A DNA stretch of 64,000 nucleotides, taken from Octopus vulgaris. Its lineage: Eukaryota. Both the position numbers and the translations under genes were made by a program. Location of the stretch: positions 19,654,001 through 19,718,000 of the forward strand of contig OX597819.1 in NCBI GenBank assembly GCA_951406725.2. Reading direction: 5' to 3'. The notes under the pieces were generated by a model. The model was not told the origin of the DNA, searched no databases, and saw only the letters and a list, made by a program, of their open reading frames with translations. Below are positions 55,716-64,000 of this stretch, one piece after another (position 1 is the first letter of the stretch; every line of letters starts with the position of its first letter).

Positions 55716-55906
55716 TATTATTATTATTATTATTATCTTTATTATTATTATCATTATTATTATTAATAATATTATTATTATTATCATTATTATTATTATT
55801 ATTATTATTCAGTAGTTTTATTTTTATAGCGTGTTTCCTCTTCACTACCGAGCGCAGCTCTGTGTGCCTTGGGTATGTGCTGTGATTTGTTGTGATGCTA
55901 TGATGG

Positions 55907-55976
<70 letters not shown>

Positions 55977-57177
55977 GCTACTATTATCGTTTCACATAAA
56001 TTGTTCCACATAATCTCCTACTGCACCACAAAGTTACCCATTTCTGCTGCTGACTTGTGGGAAGAACTGTCTTTTAAGAAAGCAGAAGTATTTTCTTTGC
56101 AATATCTCATTGAATCTTATTTAAAATTTATTTTATCGCATGTGTTTCTCCGTAGTAAGTTTAGAGATTTATTAGGATTTGATGTAGACAATGTATAATG
56201 AGGTGCTGTGGAACCTGGTTGTATGTTGTGTGCGATATGAGATTGTATAGGTTATGTGTTGTATTGGAATGGTCACAATGATAGTAATTGTTGATAACAA
56301 GTTCTGCGAGGATTTGATGGAGGTGTGCGCTATGAGTTATAGTACCAAGTAGTGCTTGTGCAATGTAGATACCGCGTAGATTGTGTGGTTTAATGTCGAG
56401 TAGTGTGTAAATTATATGAAACGTGATTGTTGAGTAGATGTAGGGAGAATAGATTGAAAGAGAACCTTCGTAAAAACAGCTCAAGTATATTTGAATACGT
56501 TTCAATGCGTTTTATCGAGGAGAAAAAGAAATGTTCTCTTTTGGGGAAAAACAGATGTAAAAGACCTTTTTTTATTTCCAGTGGGAATAGAATAGTTTCT
56601 CCATTAGAATCTGCACCAAAAATTATTTTACGGTTTCGAATACGTTTCAGATATATTTGTTATGAAATGTGATATTGCAGAAGTAGGAAACGGACAGGTA
56701 AGACACAAGAGACTAGAAAGTGATACCAATATAATATCAAATGACGACACGTTCAAAGTTCCCTCTTACTTACTCGAAAATGAACGAAATGTGTAACAAT
56801 GTAATTGCGGGTAGAAAGACACAAGATATTTTGAATTCTAGAAGAGATATCATTGTAAGTTAATATTTTTATACGGCATTGAAAAACATGGCATGAATTG
56901 GGATGAATATTTAAGAATAGGATTCATGGAAGTTACAATAAGTGTGTTGATTATGAATATTGAGATACAGATGTAGACACACACATACACGCATATACAT
57001 GCACTGTAACACCCAGATATGTACACATATGTATACATGAATACACACGCACACATATAATATATATGTATGTATATATCGCTTTGTCTAAATATATATA
57101 TATCTATCTATTTATCGCTCTAATCTTTGAATCTACTTCTCCTCTCTCTCTCCCTCTTTCACCCTCTTTCTCTCCCT

Positions 57178-57227
<50 letters not shown>

Positions 57228-58175
57228 ATATATATATGTGTGCGTGTTTGTCTACGTATACATATATATATACACACATAAATATAGATATATATAGATA
57301 AATATACATACATACATAAAAACATATATATATATATATGTTTATTATATAAATAATTGTAAATATATATACATTTATGTGTGAGGGGTGTATATTTATA
57401 TAAATATGTGTGCGTGTGTTTTTGTGCGTGTATGATTGAATAACAATAATATATACAGAGAGATATATGCATGGGCATATGTTGCATGCATACATACATG
57501 TGTGTGTGTGTATGTGTGTGAGTGTGTGTGTGCCGTCGTTTCTGCTTATCTCTTTCTCTTGGTTTTTATGATTATGTATTTTCCATTGACACTTGTTATC
57601 ATTCTCTGCGCACCTGTTGTTATTACAATTCCGTCTGTTTGCAATGTCCATATTCTGCATATATCTCCATCCAGATCTCTATATGGAAATAATTTCTGCC
57701 TTTAGATTTAGCAATTGTAGCGGAATTGATATATCGTAAATTCTTTGATGGTCATTGAGAATAACATCCATGTGATTTCGCTTATCTCTCTGGCATTCTG
57801 ATTGGTTCTCTGCTCTACTATACTAACTGTACAATTTAATGTTGTTGTTGTTGTTTTTATTTGACCCGTGGTCAGCCCTGATAGAACAGAGCTTTGGATT
57901 AAAACTTATTTCAAGCGTGTCTATCTCGTTCTCTCAAACTAATGCATGTAGGATCGCATTATTCATGTTTTCTTCTTACCATTTACAAGAAAGTTGAATA
58001 AGACAGTTTGCTAGAAGATAACAGAACTTAGAGATTTCTTTAAAAAAAATTATTTCAATAATTGTTTTTTAAATAATAATATTTTGCTGTATTTAAATTT
58101 GTCAATTCTCTTGCTTTTAATTTGGGAGTTGTATTTTGGTTTGTGTATGTGTGTATCTGTATATCTGTCTGAGAG

Positions 58176-58220
<45 letters not shown>

Positions 58221-58904
58221 CCGGAGTAGGTCAGAGTGTGTGTGGTGGAATCTGATATATATTAATATGCATGCGATTCCCGTTATCATCCTCCTATCCT
58301 GAAGCGAAGTGTTGCATATTGCTTCGGCAATGTGACATTCGTGGACATCTTTTATAGATTCTTCGTAACAACACCCATCTTTCTGTTTGTATTTCAAAGT
58401 ATGTAACACTTGCACATCAATGATATGTCTATATATATTATTCGTTCCATTTCATTTGTTGTAATAAACAATTTTTGTTTCTCACTGACTTCTGGTTTAA
58501 TGAATATGTTTGAGTGTGTGTGTGTGTATGTGTGTGTGTGTACTTGCTTATGCCCAAGGCGTATTGATCTTCCGCTTCCGGCTGCTCAGTCAGTGGCTAG
58601 TTGTAGCGTTGAGGCTATGCCTTCACGTCGATATCTGACTTGTGCCACACATCAGATACCAAAGTGACCACAGAGTCCAAATCAAGACCTTCCAATTGTA
58701 GGGCAACCACATAACCAGTAGGTTACACGGCTTGACTTCCAGGAAAATAGGCCTGTCTATAAACTTATAGGTAAGTGTTCAGCACGGTTATATTAGAAAA
58801 TGAAGAAATAAAAATTAAGCGGGAGATAAGTAATAAAGAAGTAACTTACTTTTTCGACTGTATAAACTCTAGTTATAACCACCAGAAAGCGAACAAATGT
58901 TCTT

Positions 58905-59480
58905 TTTTTATTCGTGGAATTGCGCCATTCAAATATGAAGCAAACAGATCGTCCGATGTGTCAAACTGTCGTTGTCACTTCTGTTTAACTCACATCCGCA
59001 TGTTTTCCATATATAGCGTGTGGCCGTCGTGATCATGAGGATCAACTAAATCTTGTTGGTGTATAATCACCACGTGCGTGCATACACAATCATTCAGGAT
59101 ACGAATGTTTATTATACACTCACCAGATATCACTGCCTATGTGAGTCCCAGCTAAAATCCATCTTTGTGTCCGCATAGTTAAAGTTTGTTCTGTACGGTC
59201 AGGTACTTCGACCAAAGAATACTCTTTAGAGACCCGTTCTATGTCACCGAATACCCAATGGCCGGGGGGGGGGGGGCACTCACCTCTGTTGATACTTACG
59301 ATGAAAGAAATTGCTGTCGTCATTTTCTACAACTAATGGCTGTCCATTAACTTCCAAATCGCCTATTTCAATGGGATTCTGTTGGTGCCAGACATACCTC
59401 CCATGGTTATTCTGATCGATTGCAAAGTGAAGAATGACCAAACACAGTTCGGTGTCAGTGAAGAATGACCACATGTTTTG
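58905..59480 (-). pseudogene. Merlin (IS1016/ISXO2-like) DDE transposase relic
   Basis: NPIEIGDLEVNGQPLVVENDDSNFFHRKY; HWVFGDIERVSKEYSLVEVPDRTEQTL..RWILAGTHIGSDIW; THVVIIHQQDLVDPHDHDGHTLYMENM..RQFDTSDDLFASYL. Frameshifts and stops are present. Confidence 0.88.
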
Positions 59481-60636
59481 GAGAACATATTTCTGCGTAT
59501 ATAATCAACGGGAACTTAGTTATGTCCGTTTGATTCTTTAGAACTTTTCTTCCCCTTACATTTTATTTACTTTTATATATATAACCATACTGGACGCTGA
59601 CCAAGTTATATATAAGAAAGCATTAGCTGTAATAGTATACTGTATAAGTATGTAAAAGAAGTTTTTTAAACTTCATTTTCGCATCCAGTATGATGATAAA
59701 TTTTATAGACGATCATGGGATGCAAGTTTTATTTGACTGCTATTTCTGGTAATTCAAGCATCTAAATAAATCTCCTTTATAATTCTGAAGTTGTAGCGTG
59801 TCATGGTGTCCAGCTAGATAACCAGACATCTTCATTTCCGTTTTCGTAACGATTGACAGGACTACTTTCTATTTTGCAGAGTTTTCTGCGACAATTTATT
59901 TTCTAAAGTTCAAGTTAATCCGATTAAAAGATGTTGAAAGAAATGCATAAAATGTATTACAACACAAAAGTAAAACAAACAGATTCTTTTAATATTGAAG
60001 TATATAAAGAAAAAAAAATTAAAAGACAATAAGCAACGCTTTCAAATTTTGGCACAAATCCCGAAATTCGGGAAGAAATGGCGATTTTAGAACATCGAAA
60101 CCAATACGGCGAGATTTGAAGGTAAAGCGAAGTTTGAAGAAATGCCGCTAAATTTATTGCCCAACCCGCTGACGATTTTACTAATTTACCAACTCAATTA
60201 TACAGAAATAAAATACCTGTCACCCATATCATTTTTTTTATTCTTTTATTTTTTGAGCGTCTGAGTTCACGTTTCTTGTATGAATATACGTTTATGAAAG
60301 AAGACATAACGAGATCTTTTGAAATTGTATTCATAACGGTGTGATGCGATGCTCACAATTCCATTCATATATTTTATATCCTTGGACTGCGTAACTACGG
60401 TAGTCATAAATACGATGGAAAGAGAACACTAGTACCCGATTAATGAAGAACAAAACGAGGTGGCCAGATCTTCATTCGGAAATGTCAACACGGGATCTAC
60501 ACTCTTCCTCTTTAGTGTGCATATTGTATGTATGTATGTATATATATATATATATATATATACATATATACACACACATATATATATATATATATGTATA
60601 TATGTATATATATATATGTATGTATGTATATGTATA

Positions 60637-60726
<90 letters not shown>

Positions 60727-60844
60727 ATACATAAATGTATATATTACTTTCACATCTACAGAATTATATATATATGTACACACATACATACATACAATGA
60801 TATACACAAAGATAAATATATATGCATATACACACACATATATG

Positions 60845-60879
<35 letters not shown>

Positions 60880-61461
60880 TTGTGTTTGCATGTGTGTGCT
60901 TCACATCAGTATCGAACACATTTGATAAAAATATATTCCTCGTATGTTTATACGACGTAATATAAATCACAAGAGAATGTCTTTCGAGAGGTGGTGATTT
61001 TTTTCAGGCTTCACGCTAACTTATCGCCAATTTCTTGATAGAAAAATACATTATAAACGGTGAAATCAATGGCAAGCGTCAGTGTATATATAATTAAAGC
61101 CATCATCTACATAAATATGTCACATTTGCATGAAACCAAATGAATAATATACATTAGTGAGAGTCTTTAGTTGCGTGCTGTAATGTTGTGTCTGTTTTAC
61201 GTGTGAGCGACATTTTATGAATGATTTATAAATGTATTTTCCTGATTCAACCCCTGGATGTTATTGCAGCTGTTAGTTAGGTTCATATGTATCTTATTTA
61301 GGTGGCCACTTATTAGAGAATTCCATCTATGACCATTCCGATTATTTTTGCCCTGTATGTATGATTGTATGTATGCATGTATGTATGTATGTATGTATGT
61401 ATGTATGTATGTATGTATGTATGTATGATTGTATGTATGTATGTATGTATGTATATATGTA

Positions 61462-61526
<65 letters not shown>

Positions 61527-61577
61527 GTATATATATATATATGTATGTATGTATGTATATATATATATATCTATATA

Positions 61578-61770
61578 GTTAACCCAAACAAGCAAGAAAA
61601 ATCAACAACGCGCGGACGTGGAAGACGAATAGTGTTATTGGACGCTCAGGAAAGGAAATAAAATAAAGAAGATTTCGCGTTTCGAGCGGAGCTCTTCATC
61701 AGAAATATAGAAAATTCCAAAGAAGGGAAGATGGAGAAAGAAAATCGCCAACGATGCACACACGGTCACA
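61578..61770 (-). mobile_element. Second copy of the short hammerhead element (ribozyme 61672-61706, cleavage site mutated), 3' end in (TA)n
   Basis: Reverse complement reads attt-CTGATGAA-gagc tcc gctc-GAAA-cgcg-aaat. The flanks (tcctgagcgtccaataa, ttccacgtcc..gcgttgttg) match the 45719 copy. Confidence 0.72.
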
Positions 61771-63700
61771 TATTGAAATATATATTTGGCTCAAAGATCT
61801 AAGAAAACATAAATGTTCACGTTTGTGTGAGTGTGTCTGTAGGTGTGTGTTTGTGTGTGTGTATGTATGTGCACGTGTGTATCAATGGTAAATTTCAAAT
61901 CGGGAGCAAGATATACAAGAAAAGCAGAAAGGGATTTAATGATTATTATCATTAGGTAGACGATTAAAGAAACATTATAAAGTATAATGTTTCGGAAATA
62001 ATCCTTCGTCGGATACACAGAAAATGTTGAGGGAAGAAGAGAAAGACAGAAGGAAGTGTGGTAAAACGAGATAAGACACAGAAACAGACACAGACATAGG
62101 CGCGCGCGAGCACACACACAAACATATTTCTATCTAAATTTAAGAAGATAGGGCGTGATTTGAAAGATATTTTATGTTTACTTTTGCATTTCTTCTAATC
62201 TCTAATATCTTCTTTCAACGTGGCACGGAAAATGCTTGCATTGTCTGTATTTCACATGCAATCACCCCTTTAACGACTAATTACATCCTGAACCGGACGG
62301 GAAGAGATATACTTCAGAAGGATATAGTCCCAAGTTTACAGCATGAATATATTTAACATTACTAGGCCCTGAGACATAGGCCCTGCAATCAAGAAATATT
62401 ACAATTAAGGGAATTCCTATTGTGATAACTTTGAGTTTTATGCATCTTATTCCTCACTATCGAATTGGTCCTGGTTCCAGATCGATCCTCCTGATATCTC
62501 TTGTAGATAATAGTTTTACGAAAATAATATGTCCAGGAGTTTCACTACTGTATGAGGAAGAAGTGAAACATGGTGCAATATTTTTAGTAAATATAAGTTG
62601 GTGATGTGACAGTAGCGTTAGAACCCCGCGCAAAATGCTTACAGGCATTTCGTCCGTCTTTATGTTTGTAGTTCAAAATCCGTCGAATCGGATTTACTTT
62701 TCACTCTTTCGGTACCGATAAATCCAATAGCATATTGTCCTTCGAGTCGATATAATCGACTTACACCCTCCCGCGAAGTCGCCTGTCTTGTGCCAAACAC
62801 AGAAACCGATATTTCTAGTAAACATAGAGCGTGTTTTAGGAATGTTTAGAGTATATGCCTTCGAGTATATGCTTTGACATGAAATCGAGCCTTGATCAAC
62901 TAAATCAATTTCTAAAAGCTGGCCTTGTGACGAAATCGAAGGAACATTTACAGCAAACACAGTCGATATTAACTGTAGCCGGCTAGCCATGAAATGGAGA
63001 ACAATCTCTCAGTATCCCGCGTAAACATACTGGGATAAGACGAGTTTAATACAAACCGCACATTACTCTGTTTAATAAGGAAACGATGCTGTGGATAATG
63101 CAGTTTTACTTATCATGACACAGACAGGAAAATATAAATGCTGGAATTTATTCGATCATAGATATGTTCCAGCAGATTTGAAAATTTGACAGAGTTTATT
63201 AGAAAATTAGTTAAGTCTCTATCTTAATATAGTGCGTTTAGAACTTCAAAAAGAGACCATTCCCAGCCAACAACCAAAGTTGCTCTTATCATCATCATCA
63301 CTATCATCAGCATCATGGTCATCGTCGTCGTCATCACTTGGAGATTTTCAATTAATAAAGTTGGGTGTTGAAGTCTACAGTAATATTTCATTACCGCCGT
63401 TCATTGCAACAATGCTGAGTCCGTGAGGTAGACACAGTACTGGATTCAACAGTTGACAGATAAATATGTTGCCTGTAGACATAATGTAGCGACGTTAACA
63501 GGATAAGACAATGCCATTGATTGAGAGGAACTTAATTAACGTGATATTCTCTGATAATCAAACATGATTATTTATATTCATATACACATACGAATATACA
63601 CATGCATGCAAATATGCGAATAGAGACGTCCAAGAACCGTTTTATAAACAGACGCACAAACTCATGTGATTGTGTGTGCGTATATATATTTATATAAACA

Positions 63701-63768
<68 letters not shown>

Positions 63769-64000
63769 TATATATATATATATATGAAAATGGGGAGAGA
63801 GGGAGAGAGAGAGAGAGAGAAGAAGGAGAGAGACGTGTGTATGTAGTGTTTCTGTGTTTTTGGATGTGTATACGTGTAAGCATGCGTGTAGTTAATTAAT
63901 TACTATTTGCTTTTTCAATGTAAAAGTTATCTAGAGACGACAGAAAGAAAACGGCTTTGACTGTCAGAACAACTTAAAAAGTTTAATACGAAAAAAGAAA

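Overview
Eukaryotic, AT-rich DNA saturated with microsatellites. The repeat landscape resembles an octopus or other coleoid cephalopod (inference). No host protein-coding gene could be supported; nearly all short ORFs come from (TA)n, (CA)n or triplet repeats. The centrepiece is a ~7.6 kb palindromic Penelope-like retroelement (PLE; RT plus C-terminal GIY-YIG, Neptune-type Cys linker) at ~29496-37118. It has two ~3.5 kb near-identical inverted arms around a 566-bp spacer, and each arm ends in a CCAAT/TATA module and a minimal hammerhead ribozyme. A 17-nt indel between the arms suggests the native element has a coiled-coil/basic ORF1 overlapping the RT ORF in the -1 frame, with a U7 slippery site, i.e. 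gag-pol-like frameshifting. At least four other repeat families carry hammerhead motifs, one of them apparently a tRNA-headed SINE. Also present: three small foldbacks next to (TA)n, a solo LTR with TSD, an (AAT)n-anchored ~550-bp retroposon family, many tRNA-derived SINEs, and decayed R4/Dong, Merlin, mariner, Helitron, L1/Tx1, CR1 and RTE relics. All calls were made by eye with no database searches.
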